Both the position numbers and the translations under genes were made by a program. The notes under the pieces were generated by a model. It had not been told where the DNA came from. It did not search any database and was given only the letters and a program-made list of their open reading frames with translations. From an uncultured Chloroflexia bacterium (lineage in GTDB: Bacteria > Chloroflexota > Anaerolineae > B4-G1 > SLSP01), in assembly GCA_963751345.1 (NCBI GenBank), contig CAVVUS010000011.1, positions 416,001 through 480,000 on the forward strand: a DNA stretch of 64,000 nt, read 5' to 3'. Within the stretch, counting starts at the first letter, position 1; every line of letters starts with the position of its first letter. Below, piece by piece: positions 22,800-33,600 of this stretch.

Positions 22800-23924
22800 T
22801 CAGAGTATCAGCATCGCGTCGCCAAATGAGAAGAACCGGTACCGTGCTTCGATGGCTTCCCGATAGGCCCGACGGATGTTGTCTACGCCCGCAAATGCCA
22901 TCACCAGCGCCATCAGCGTGCTCCGGGGCAGGTGGAAGTTGGTGATGAGGGCATCGACCACCCGGAACTGGAACCCTGGCGTGATGTAGAGATCGGAGAA
23001 TCCCTCAAATGGCGAGAGCGACCGCCAGGGACACTGGGGAGAGACACCGTCCGTACCGCACGTCCCTGCCTCGAGGTCGCTCCCGACTTCTGGGTCGGCC
23101 TCGATCGGCGATTGCAGCAGCCCGTGACGCGCGGCAGTCTCCAGAACGCGAACGCTCGTGGTGCCTACCGCGACCACGCGGCGGCTGCTGACCTTGGTAC
23201 GGTTGACTTGCTCGGCCGTACGGAGATCGACCTGGCACCACTCCCGATGGATCTCGTGCCCCTCCAAGGTGCGCTCCGTAATCGGTCGGAAGGTATCCAG
23301 GCCGACGTGCAGCGTGACGAAGGCCAGGCCGACGCCCTCCGCCCGTAGCCCCAACATCAGGTCCGGTGTGAAGTGCAGCCCCGCCGTGGGTGCGGCCGCG
23401 CTCCCTGGCGTTCGGGCGTAGATGGTCTGGTAACGCTCCGGGTCATCGAGCCGCTTATGGATATAGGGCGGAAGGGGAGTGTGCCCGAGTGCCTCGAAGT
23501 ACCTCTCGACAGGCTCGGAGAAACGCAGCGTACGCTCGCCCCTCTCACCGCTTTCGATCACTTCGGCGGTGAGCTGCGAGGGCTCGTCATCCCTCAGCAG
23601 CCGGATTCTCGACCCCTTGCGTGTTGTTGCGCCGCCCACCAGGCAGCGCCAGCTCTGCTCGCCTAGCTTGCGCAGCAGGAGGATCTCCACTCGTCCGCCG
23701 GTGGGCTCCTTCTGACCGTACATGCGGGCCGGAATAACCCTACTCTCGTTGGCGACGAGAAGATCGCCGCGTGCCATGTAGTCACCGACGTCCCGGAAGA
23801 TCCGGTGCTCGATCTCGCCTGTATCGCGATGGAGCACCAGGAGACGGGATTCGTCACGATGGTCGATGGGCTCCTGAGCGATGAGCTCCTCCGGGAGCTC
23901 GTAATCCAGTTCATCAGTCTTCAT
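22800..23924 (-). CDS. queA: S-adenosylmethionine:tRNA ribosyltransferase-isomerase
   Basis: DYELPEELIAQEP, PLPPYI, YQTIYA, GSAAAPTAGLHFT, TLHVG..TF, TNFHLPRSTL, YRFFSFGDAM. Confidence 0.97.
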   Translation of the reverse strand: MKTDELDYELPEELIAQEPIDHRDESRLLVLHRDTGEIEHRIFRDVGDYMARGDLLVANESRVIPARMYGQKEPTGGRVEILLLRKLGEQSWRCLVGGATTRKGSRIRLLRDDEPSQLTAEVIESGERGERTLRFSEPVERYFEALGHTPLPPYIHKRLDDPERYQTIYARTPGSAAAPTAGLHFTPDLMLGLRAEGVGLAFVTLHVGLDTFRPITERTLEGHEIHREWCQVDLRTAEQVNRTKVSSRRVVAVGTTSVRVLETAARHGLLQSPIEADPEVGSDLEAGTCGTDGVSPQCPWRSLSPFEGFSDLYITPGFQFRVVDALITNFHLPRSTLMALVMAFAGVDNIRRAYREAIEARYRFFSFGDAMLIL

Positions 23925-23960
23925 TGATAGCCTTCTTGGCCCTCCCGCTTCGCGAAGGTT

Positions 23961-25307
23961 TCATCTTTCCGGCAGCAGGACGGGGCGAAGTTCAGGAGCG
24001 TAGGCGTCCAGCAGCTCCGGCGTGAGGGCGTTGCCACGCGCGATGGCGCCGTAGAGGTCGGCGCTGGGCCGTGGTGTCCGTTCCTGTGTGTGCGGGTCGA
24101 CTTCGATGAGGCCAAAGGGAAGCGTCCAGCCCTCCGACCACTCGAAGTTGTCCACAAGCGTCCAGTGATAGTAGCTCATCACCGGCACGTTTTCCTGGAT
24201 GACGCGCCAGAGCTGGTGCAGATGCCGGAGCAGCGCCCGAGGGCGTTGGTCGTCATCGCCGTCGGGTATCCCGTTCTCCGTGATGTGAATCGGAATGTTG
24301 AGGCGTGCCAGTCGCCTGCACGCGCGGGCCAAGCCCTCCGGATAGAGCTCGCCGTAGTCGCCGTCGAGGAGTTCTGCATCCTCGCTGTGCAGTAGCTGGC
24401 TCATCCCAGGCTCCTCAGAATGCCGATCAAACCGCACCAGATCGCGGGTGTAGTAGTTGAGGCCGATCCAGTCCAGTGTGCCCTGTGTGGCAAATGCAGG
24501 GAGAAACCCAAGCGGTGGCAGCCACCAACCGAGCGGCACCAGCTTGCCGGGTGCCAGGGCTCTGAGTGTGGTCTGATTGAACCATAGATCGTGGACCCAC
24601 GCCGCTATGCGGTCGAGCGGGCGCCTCGGGTTAGCAGGGTCGAAGAACCGCAGGTTATGTGCCAGGCCGACCTGTGCATCCTCCTGGCTCCGGTGTATCA
24701 CCCGGTAGGCCGCGGCATGGGCGCGCAGCATGTTGCGCAACACGGTCGCCGCCATGTTGAGGTCCTGCGCTCCCGGGGGAAATGTGCCCAGGATGTAACC
24801 CTCTGAGGCGTAGACGTTGGGCTCGTTGATCGTACACCACAGCGTGGCATAGTCGCCGAGCGCGCGCATCACCTGGTCCACATAGCGGACGAAGTAGGGG
24901 ATCACGTCAGGGTTGGTCCATCCGCCCTTCTCCGCCAGCCAGAGGGGATCGGAGAAGTGGTGCAGGGTCACCATGGGCTCGATGCCGCGGTCGCGCAGTC
25001 CCCGCAGCATCTCACGATAGCGGTCGAGTGCCGCGGTGTCGATCCGGCCGGGCGCTACCTCGACCCGACTCCACTCGATGGAGAGCCGCAGCGTCGTCAG
25101 GTTCATCGCTGCCGCGCGGTCGAAGTCCGCCTCGGCGTTGTCCCACCAGTCACAGGCTAGACCGGATGTATGTCCCCCGGCGATCCGGCCGGGTTGCTGT
25201 TCCCATGCCCACCACTGATTGTTGGTGTTGTTACCCTCGACCTGGTGAGACGCCGTGGCGGCGCCCCACCTGAAATCGGGTGGAAAGTGGTATGTGGCAT
25301 CGGGCAT
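23961..25307 (-). CDS. Glycoside hydrolase family 1 (beta-glucosidase-like)
   Basis: FRWGAATASHQVEG, TLHHF, TINEP (acid/base), ITENG (nucleophile), DNFEWSEG. Confidence 0.95.
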   Translation of the reverse strand: MPDATYHFPPDFRWGAATASHQVEGNNTNNQWWAWEQQPGRIAGGHTSGLACDWWDNAEADFDRAAAMNLTTLRLSIEWSRVEVAPGRIDTAALDRYREMLRGLRDRGIEPMVTLHHFSDPLWLAEKGGWTNPDVIPYFVRYVDQVMRALGDYATLWCTINEPNVYASEGYILGTFPPGAQDLNMAATVLRNMLRAHAAAYRVIHRSQEDAQVGLAHNLRFFDPANPRRPLDRIAAWVHDLWFNQTTLRALAPGKLVPLGWWLPPLGFLPAFATQGTLDWIGLNYYTRDLVRFDRHSEEPGMSQLLHSEDAELLDGDYGELYPEGLARACRRLARLNIPIHITENGIPDGDDDQRPRALLRHLHQLWRVIQENVPVMSYYHWTLVDNFEWSEGWTLPFGLIEVDPHTQERTPRPSADLYGAIARGNALTPELLDAYAPELRPVLLPER

Positions 25308-25456
25308 TGATCGACTCCATCATCAGAAGACGACCCGTCGGGTCGTCTCTGTAGTCCAGGTACATTGAGGCCCGGCAGTCAGCCGGGCGCTGCAAGGCAT
25401 TATAGTCGATCCGACCTACCAGGCAATCGCACACTCGTTGGACGTGTAGTCGTGCC

Positions 25457-28400
25457 CTACGGCGCGACTCGAACCGGCTCGTCGAGCGTCACACGGTTGG
25501 CCTGCACCATCTTTGGGTCGGGTGCTGTCGCCGTCAGGCGATCTCCCGTCCCTGGATCGTACCACCCGACACCCAGGTGATACGTCCCCTCGGGGACCTC
25601 TGCCACGTCGAGGGTCACGGTCTCGCTGACCACCTCTCCGGCCATCCACAAGGTGGTCGGGTAGGTCCAGTCTCGCGGCATCGCGTCATTCTGGGTGACG
25701 ACGACCTCGGTCTCCGGATTGTAGAGGTGCACGAAGCGCTTGTAATCCTGTGAGGGTGTGGCCGCGGCCTGCCACCATAGTGTCAGCTGCAACTGCTGCC
25801 ATCCGAAGCGCCCGTACCCCCGATGAGGTCGTAGCCCAGCAGCCGGATCGTGTCTTTTCTCCGAAGGAGGCGTCTGCTCCGAAGGAGGCGGACTCGGGGT
25901 GAGAGATCGTCGGGGCGGTGAAGAGCCGTGGACGCGCAGCCACCTGCACGGTGGCCACCGGGCCGCATGCGGTGACGCCCGATACCTCTCCAGCCAGCGT
26001 CAAGCCGAGTTCATAGGTGCCCTCGGCGAGCCGCGTCGGGAGACCGACGGTCACGGGAGAGAGCACCCACGTGTGCCGCGGCCACGCCGACGTCCTGCTC
26101 CCTGCGGCCAATGGGGCTGTCGTGGTGCCGACGATGTTGCCGGTCGAGTCGGTCAGCGTCCACGTGGCACTCAGATCGTCAGTTGGCTGAAGCAGGGCAT
26201 TCCACTGTGGCTGCAGTTGGAGGCTCTCTCCCTCCTGGATCGTGTCGGGCACGTCCAGGCCGAGGAGGGCCACCTCGCCGTTCTGACAGAGGATCGTCGC
26301 CCCCTTTCGGGTCTGCTCGCAGCACGCCGTGCGAAGATCATAGAGAGTGGGCGTGTCGAGGCGGATGGGGAGGTCAACCTGGCCCCCGCCTTCCATCGTG
26401 GCCTGCAGGTAGGTCACGACCTGGAGGACATAGTCGCCCGGCGCCAGTCCCTCGGGAAGAGGCACAACCACGGTGTCCACAACGCGTTGTCCCGGCTCCC
26501 AGAGGGTGGTGGGAAGGTAGCCGTAGCCGGGTTGCAGGTCTTGCTGGGCAAGCCGTCGCCCGTTCAAGTCCAGGACCCTCAGCGAGAGACGCCAGTTCCT
26601 GGCTGTGCCTGCAGTGGAGACGAGGCACCTGATCTTTCTCTCCGACGGCAGCCGCACTTTGGGTAGGGCACTCCCCTGTCTCTACGAGGGCGGTCGCGGG
26701 TTGGGCGGGACACTGCTCTGCCTCCACGCCGGCGGTCGTGCCTTGGGCGCACGACGCCGTTTCAGCTTCGACGGCAGGCTGGCTCAGAGTCCAGGTCATC
26801 TTCAGACGGAGGGTCTCGGGCTGTGGCTGTTCCACATCGAGCGCGAGCAGGTTCAGATCCTGGAATTGGGCGAGCACCGGGTCGTCATCATCCGCGGGTG
26901 GACCCTTGGGCACGCGGAGTTCACCGACGTAGAGCGGGCCCATCGTGTGCCCCTCGGCAGTCATCGGTGAGAGTTCCCCCGATGCGCCGGTGACACGGAG
27001 CTGGACGAGATAGAGTCCGCGCGAGAGGTCAACCGGAAGCGTCAGGGTCAGCCGGTTCGTCGCTGCAAGCGGTGCGGCGGCCTGCGCGACCGCAGCATCG
27101 ACGCCGTGCCGTGGTTCGGCCGGCGACACCACCTTGAGCGTCACCGTGAGGGGCTCCGCTGGGGGAGTGTCCCATACGAGGTCGACCGTGATAGTCTGGC
27201 CGGGTTCCACCGTCTCGGTCGATAGCCGGGCCGATTCCAGGCCGAGGTCACCGTAGGCCACCGGCCCGCGGTGGGGATAGGGCATCTGGTCGAAGTCGAA
27301 GAAGACGGCCTCACCTTCCGCGGGCTGCCCGGTCACGACCCCCGGCTGCAGGAAGAGTGGGCCGATCAGAGCAGCCCCAAGCACGCTGATGGCAATGCAT
27401 GCACCCCGGACCAGCGCCTTGATCTCTCGGTTTCCAGGCTGCTGTCTCCAGCCGCCGGCCCATATGAGGGCAACGGCGGCAACCACGACGGCGCCAAGTG
27501 AGCCTAGAGATGAGGCGCGTTCCAATGGCGTCGCCCGCAGCCTTAGGCTCACGGTGTGATTGCCCGGCACGAGATCCACTGCCAGTCGGCCGGAGCCCTC
27601 CACAGCATAGCACGGTGAAGGAGCGCCATCCACCGTCGCCGTCCACCCGGGCCACCAGTTAACCGGGAAGGCTACGGATGTGTTCGCCTCCATCACCGTG
27701 ACCGACCACGTCTGTTTGACCGGTGTGGATGCTATCAACTGGCCGTCGATGAGCGCGGGTCCCGCCGACTCGCCATCACCCACGGCGCGCAGCGACCCGT
27801 GGCGCTATCGCTCAGTCCGCTGGGCGCCTCGACCAGTCCGCTGGGCGCTTCGACCAGTCTGCTGGGCGCGTCGACCACGGCCTCCGAGATGTAGAGCCGG
27901 GGCACGACGGCGGCCGGGAGATATTCGTAGCGAATCGTGGTGCCGATGTTGCCCGTGAAGGTCTCATAGAACTGCAGATTCTCCCACGTCACATCACCGG
28001 GCGAGATGGCGAGCCGGTCCGGATGGAGGCCGAGAAGCGCCGCAGCGACCGTGAGGATCCCCGCGGCCAGGGCAAGTCCGCCCCGCACGTATCCCTGCCG
28101 CAGGTGCGGTTGCCCGGGGGCAGCCGCGTCCAGGCCGGCCAGAGGCTCGATGATCGCACCGGCGATGGCGGCGGTGAAGAGCGCCTGGATGGATAGGAAA
28201 CGCCAGGGGAACTGCGTCAGCGCCAGAAGCGACAGTCTCTTCCACAAGACGGCCGACAGTGGCGTGATCATGAAGGTGCTCAGCAGCAGGCCGGGCAGAA
28301 GCGCAAATGGCAGATAGGCAGCCGGCAGGCTCCGAGGGCCGGTGGGCGAGGTCGTCTCCGTGAGTGATGCTTCCCGCGACCTGGCAGCGAGGCGGCGCCC

Positions 28401-29482
28401 GACGGCGATGACGACTGCCGCGCTGCCCGCAAGGGCGAGCAGTGCCTGGACCAGACCCATCGCAAACGGCCCCGCTGCGTCCAGCGTGCCTGCCACGCTG
28501 TAGTTGAAGATCGGGACGCGCTGCACAAGATTGAGCCCGCGGAAATGGTTGCTGTAATTGAAATACCCCTCGGTGAACGCGGATCCCATCTGACCGTACT
28601 TCGTCTCAGCGATGGCGGGCAGCCAGAACCACATCGTCAGCAGGATCCCCGTCACGAACGACATCAGCACGCCGACGAGCCGGAAGACCTTTGGGGCAAG
28701 CCCAGAGTCTGCTCGGACCGGAAACCCCAAAGGTCTCGGCGTGGGCGATCCACACCGACACCAGGGCGTAGAAGAGTGCAAAGGGAGAGAAGATCAGCGC
28801 GGAGACGTTGTGGGTGAGGATGAGGGCCCCATAGGCGCCCCCTGCAGCGAGGACGCGTCCAACCGTGGGCCGGGACGCCACGCGATCCAGTGCCCATAGG
28901 ATGAGGGGAAACCAGACAAAGGCGTAGAACTCCGACAGCGAGTCTCCCCGCACATAGACGTTGACCAGGTGGAAGGGGGCGAAGGTATAGGCGGTCACAG
29001 CCAGCAGACGTGCCGTGGTGCCCCGGAAGATGCGGCTCGACCAGAGTCCCATCGTGATCGCTGCCAGGATGAAGCCGAGTGTCTGTGTTGCCTGTATCGC
29101 CGACAACACATTGATGCCCAGAGCCGTGAGCCCGCCGCTGACATAATAAGGGAGCGCGGCGTAGTAGTTGAAGAACGGATAGCCCAGGTCGTAAGCCGCG
29201 TGGGACATCCAGCGCGGCGGGAAAATGCCGTGGGCCAGGCTGTCCGCCATATCCATCGTCCGCTGCAGGAGAAACGGACTGTCGCCACCGCCACGGGTGT
29301 TGACGATGCCCGGCCCCCAGAGCGGGGCCGCCGCCAGGAGGCCGAGGAGTAGCCAGATCACAAACGACCTGGAGGCAAAGATCGAGCGGCGGGAGACGGA
29401 CGCAGACGCCCCTCGCCGATTCCGACGGCTCGCCGATTCCGATCGGCGTGGCGTCGAGCCGCAGCGTCTTTGGCATCGTCAT
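25457..29482 (-). CDS. Large GT-C-fold membrane protein (PTPS-related/YfhO-like N-terminus, repeated extracellular beta domains); multiple frameshifts
   Basis: ORFs 28606-29361 (PRW...GYPFFNYY, PFHLVNVYVRG, THN), 27735-28781 (FWLPA, QFPWRF, YEYLP), 26374-27783 (WWPGWTATVDG), 25686-26657 and 25457-25792 (YKRFVHL...PTTLW..GE). ATGA overlap at 29479-29482. Confidence 0.72.
27813..27875. repeat. 21-nt tandem repeat x3 (CAGTCCGCTGGGCGCCTCGAC; LVEAPSG on the minus strand)
   Basis: Units at 27813, 27834 and 27855. Confidence 0.85.
28685..28736. repeat. Palindromic REP/RPE-like element AGACCTTTGGGG...CCCCAAAGGTCT within a CDS
   Basis: 12-bp inverted repeat, near-identical to the copy at 31616-31666. 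One extra base coincides with the frameshift. Confidence 0.85.
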
Positions 29483-31688
29483 TGCGGCGGCTCGGTGAGG
29501 ATGACGGGTAGGTTGACGCCACCCATTGTCATGCGTCCCGTTGACCTGTGCCGCCACGCCCTCGCCCGTCTCCGAATCGTAGAGCCCCACCAACAGGCGA
29601 TCCTCGCCGGGCGAAGCGTGGTCGGGGGAGGGGCTCACGCCAGCGACCGGATGAAGGTCGAGGACGAGGTCGCCGGGCTGCCAGAACGACGTCGCGAGGT
29701 GGCCGAAGCCCGGTTGTCCGTCATGCTGGGCGATCTTGACACCGTCGCGTAGATAGTGGACAAATACGGTGTAGTCGCGATCGAGAGGTTTGGTCGTCTC
29801 CCACCACAGGTAGACCACGGCTCCCGCGGAGATGTCGGGCTCCCTCCTCCCGACGGAGAGGGCTGGGGAGGGGGCCGGCGCGACGAGCGCCGCGCGCAGC
29901 ACCACGCCGTTGTCGAACTCTGCCACGGGCGGCGGGACGTCAGGACGCGTGGCGGGCGATGATGATCGTGGCGATGCTGTAGGGCGCCGGGTCCAGGTCT
30001 CCCTGCGCCTCCGGTCCCTGTCTCACCTGCAGATAGGCGGGGTGGGGGAGATAAGGCAGCACGTCGGGCTCCCAATCGCGGTAGGGCCAGACGACGAAGG
30101 CCAGGCCGGCGTCATCCGACCGGCGTTTGCTCGATTGGGAGGAATGCCACCGACGACGCTGGGACGAGAAAGGGCAGCGACGTCCACTCGTCCCAGATCT
30201 GGCGGTCGACGTAGACGTATATGCTCTCTCCACCTCCTCCCGCCGTGGGGGAGGGCTGGGGAGGCGAAGCGGAATGCAGCATACGCGAGCCGTCCCACCC
30301 CGTGCCGATGAGCGTGTTGATCTCTCCGGCGAGGTCGACCGGACCCGCCTCAAACCAGTGGTAGGCCAGCGGCTCTGAAGGGTAGCGTATGAAGTAGTCG
30401 TGCGCCGTGCTGCCGAGTCCTGCCGCCAGGATGAGCGCGGGGAGCAGGTGCGTCAGGCCGCGCCCGCCGCGTGCCGGCCACCGCTTGTGATAGCCACGCC
30501 AGGCCGAGGACCGGCAGCAGTGCCGCCGTTGGCAGCACCCCCACACCTCGAAGGAAGTGCGGCGCGTCCTCAGCCAGCAGCGTGGGCACCGCCATAGCGG
30601 CGGTCCACAGGAGGACGGTCGCCATCGCCGCGCTGCGGCGGAATCGTGCGAGGGCAACCCCGACGCCAATCGTGAAAGCCAGCCCCAGCGCAGGGCCCCA
30701 CACCGGACGCCCCGAGACGTTGTGACGCCAAATCCGATCGCCCCGGATCGTGAACATGCCGAGGGTCGCCAGTGTGTGGCGCCCCAGGGTCTGCCAGAAG
30801 TGGCCGCCGTTGATCTGTTCGCTGAACACCGATACCTGTCCGGTACGCGCGAGCACGATGTCGGGATGCCCCAACGTATAGAGCCCCAGCGGCAACAGAA
30901 CGACGAGGGCGACCAGGCCTGCCCATACCGCGCCGCGCCAAAGACGCTTCATCTCTTCCCGGTGGGTGAGGAGCCCATAGATACCCAGGCACGCCACGGC
31001 GACCGGCGTAAACCGGGCCGCATTGTATGTGTACCAACTGGCACCATAGAGTGCGCCTGCGGCTATCCAGTGCGCCATCGGGCGAATGCCCTGTCGGCGC
31101 GCGCACGGCAGTAGTCTGCCGCACGGCAGTAGCCTGCCGCACGGCCTTAGCCGCCTGCGAGAGAAAGAGCGCCGTCAAGAGCGGAAGCAACACCGCGCGA
31201 AACCCGACCCGGCTCAGGTGCACGTGCCACAATGTCACGGCCAGGACGCCGAGTGCCAGGCGCCCCGCGCGCCGCCCCCAGAGCGTCCGACCCAGATCGT
31301 ACGTCGCAGCCAGGGTCAGGAATCCGACGTAGAAGGAGGGCAGGCGCACGGCGAGGGGACTGCGTCCCAGGATCGCGACGCCCAGTGTCACCAGGTAGAC
31401 GAAAAGCGGCTCACGCCCGTTGTTCGCCCCGAAATAGAGTTGGGGGCGCCCACCGAGGATGGAAAGTGCGTCCAGCCCGTGCTGGGCTTCGTCGTGGTAG
31501 AGACCTGGGGGGACTTGTCCGAAGGCTGCGAGCCGCAGCACTGCGCCCAGGAGAAGGAGTCCGAGAACGAGCAGGCGGCCTCGCCAGAACCGCCTGCCCC
31601 GTGCGGTCCCGATGAAGACCTTTGGGGCAAGCCCGAGTCTGCTCGGGCCGGAAACCCCAAAGGTCTCGATGCGGGCGTGCCGGTTCAT
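29479..31688 (-). CDS. ArnT/PMT-like (GT39/GT83, GT-C) membrane glycosyltransferase with C-terminal extracellular domain; frameshifts
   Basis: PPGLYHDEA, NNGREPLF, WHVHLSRVGFR, YTYNAAR, GDRIWRHN, PHFLR, DYTVFVH..QHDGQP..TSFWQPGD across ORFs 30570-31814, 30350-31078, 30112-30669, 29940-30353 and 28664-29926. GAGGAG RBS. Confidence 0.75.
31102..31145. repeat. 18-nt tandem repeat x2.5 (CGCACGGCAGTAG[T/C]CTGC; AVRQ[A/T]T)
   Basis: Read directly. Confidence 0.8.
31616..31666. repeat. 51-nt palindromic REP/RPE-like element read in frame (ETFGVSGPSRLGLAPKVF)
   Basis: AGACCTTTGGGG / CCCCAAAGGTCT 12-bp arms plus an inner GCCCGAG-TCTG-CTCGGGC hairpin. Confidence 0.88.
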
Positions 31689-31746
31689 CCCCGAGAATCT
31701 CCTCTGTCCTGGCACTGGGCGACGCAGCTTGGGAAAAGGCGCAATC

Positions 31747-32571
31747 TCAGGTCGCCGTTCCGGACGCGCAGACCAGTGTGCCGTAAGCGAACCCCTCCGG
31801 ATCCAGCAGGGCATCTCTCAGGCAATCGGGGTCCGCCCCTGTCATAATCCGCACGCGGAGCCACGGCTGTTCGCTCACCAGGCTGACCATTCTTTCGACC
31901 TTGTCTGCCATACCCCCGGTGACGTCGGTGTACCCTGATTGGCGAAGGTATTCCCGGACCTGCGGGTAGCTCTCCGGCGTGATCACCGGTATGACCTGCC
32001 GGTCACTGTCCAGGACGCCGGGCGCATTGCCAAGAAGCAGGATCCATGCCGGGCGCATGGTCCCGGCCAAATAGACGAAGACGTCCTCGGTCGATAGGAT
32101 CGTTCCGCCCAGGACCTCGTCAAAGGCAACGTCCCCGAAGACCAGCGGTATCAACCCGTGTTCCAGGGCGAGGCGAATCGGCCCCACTTCGAGAGACGCG
32201 ATCCTGCCGCTGCGGGCCAGCGCCGACGCGGAAGGCTGCAGGCTGATCATGGGGACGCCTGCGTCGACGAAACTGCTCACCACGAGGCGATTGAGCTGCA
32301 GCGCTGCCGCGCTGACTCTTGTGAACCCGTACCACTCTGCCGCCGTGGCGACGCCGTCGTGTGTACCGTATTGGCTGGCCTCCCAATGGCCAAAGGACCC
32401 CGACCCATGCCCGAAAACCACATCCAACTGCGGCTCGGCCTGCCGGGCGTCAGCGACTTCCCGTGCGAGCCGCTGGATCACGTCGAGCCTGGGGGTCGCT
32501 TCTCGCCGCTTGTCCGTGATGAGGGAGCCGCCGAGCTTGACGAAAATCAGCGGATGGGATCCGGGAGTCAT
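31747..32571 (-). CDS. ipk: Isopentenyl phosphate kinase (amino-acid kinase family)
   Basis: KLGGSLITDK, HGSGSFGH, GDVAFD, ILSTE, DVTGGMADK; adjacent to mevalonate kinase. Confidence 0.92.
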   Translation of the reverse strand: MTPGSHPLIFVKLGGSLITDKRREATPRLDVIQRLAREVADARQAEPQLDVVFGHGSGSFGHWEASQYGTHDGVATAAEWYGFTRVSAAALQLNRLVVSSFVDAGVPMISLQPSASALARSGRIASLEVGPIRLALEHGLIPLVFGDVAFDEVLGGTILSTEDVFVYLAGTMRPAWILLLGNAPGVLDSDRQVIPVITPESYPQVREYLRQSGYTDVTGGMADKVERMVSLVSEQPWLRVRIMTGADPDCLRDALLDPEGFAYGTLVCASGTAT

Positions 32572-33596
32572 CGCTTCTCCCCCTCGAGACTACACTCGCC
32601 GCCGGGCACGTCGAGCGATGCCGGGGCTGCCGGCCCCGGAGAGGCAAGGGTCTGATCCACGCCCACACACGTGTGCCAGAGGGCCGCGACCCCCGCCTTC
32701 GTCAGGGCTTTCTTCACGCCTTCCAGCGTGTCCTCCTCGACCAGGACGATGATATTGCCGCCCTGCCCGGCCCCTGTCAGCTTCGCACCCAACGCGCCGG
32801 CGTCCCGTGCCGTCTGGGCCAGGCGGTCGAGCTGGAGCAGCGAGACACCCATCTTGACGAGCAACTCCTGGTTCTCGTTGAGCAGGTTCCCGAGTGCGTG
32901 CAGGGCGCCCTGCTCAACGGCGGCACGCGCCGCTCGTGCGATGGCGCCGATGCAATCGAAGACGACATTGTAGTAGCTGGGCGTTGCCTCCCACCGATGC
33001 CGGACCTCGCCGACGGCCTCGCGTGTGGAGCTGGCGATTCCGCTGTTAGCGATCAGCAGATGGAAGGGCGTGTGGATCCGGAGGATCTCGGGCGGCTCAC
33101 CTCTGACGAAGTAGATGGGCCGTTCCCAGGCGATGACGGTGTTGTCGATGCCGCTGGGCGTCCCGTGGTGGATTTTCTCCACCTCGTACGCCATCTCGCT
33201 GACCACCGCATCGGGCAGTTCGGTGCCCAGACCGGCTGCCAGCGCACGGGCCGCGGCCACCGTGATGGCTGTGCCGCTGCCCATGCCGGAGGCTACGGGC
33301 AGATCCGACTTGAGCGTGAGCACGGCATCGGGTTCCGGAAGCTCTAGCCGATCGAGCACCAGGTAGGCAATCCTGGCCAGGGGATGCTCCGGGCCGGCCT
33401 CGCGGTACGTCAACTCTTGCCGGATGTCGAGGGCCCTGATGCGCAGCCCCGAGCCGGGAGGGCCCGGCTCGATCGAGGCGTGGGCCCGGACATCCGAGAC
33501 CGGGATGGCAATCGCAGGACGCCCGTACACCACGCTGTGATCTCCGCACAGGATGACTTTCCCTGGCGCGGTGCGCTCGACTGTTGCGACGTTCAT
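32568..33596 (-). CDS. mvk: Mevalonate kinase (GHMP family)
   Basis: APGKVILCGDHSVVYGRPAIA, PVASGMGSG, HGTPSGID, GAKLTGAGQGG. Confidence 0.93.
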   Translation of the reverse strand: MNVATVERTAPGKVILCGDHSVVYGRPAIAIPVSDVRAHASIEPGPPGSGLRIRALDIRQELTYREAGPEHPLARIAYLVLDRLELPEPDAVLTLKSDLPVASGMGSGTAITVAAARALAAGLGTELPDAVVSEMAYEVEKIHHGTPSGIDNTVIAWERPIYFVRGEPPEILRIHTPFHLLIANSGIASSTREAVGEVRHRWEATPSYYNVVFDCIGAIARAARAAVEQGALHALGNLLNENQELLVKMGVSLLQLDRLAQTARDAGALGAKLTGAGQGGNIIVLVEEDTLEGVKKALTKAGVAALWHTCVGVDQTLASPGPAAPASLDVPGGECSLEGEKR

Positions 33597-33600
33597 CGAT

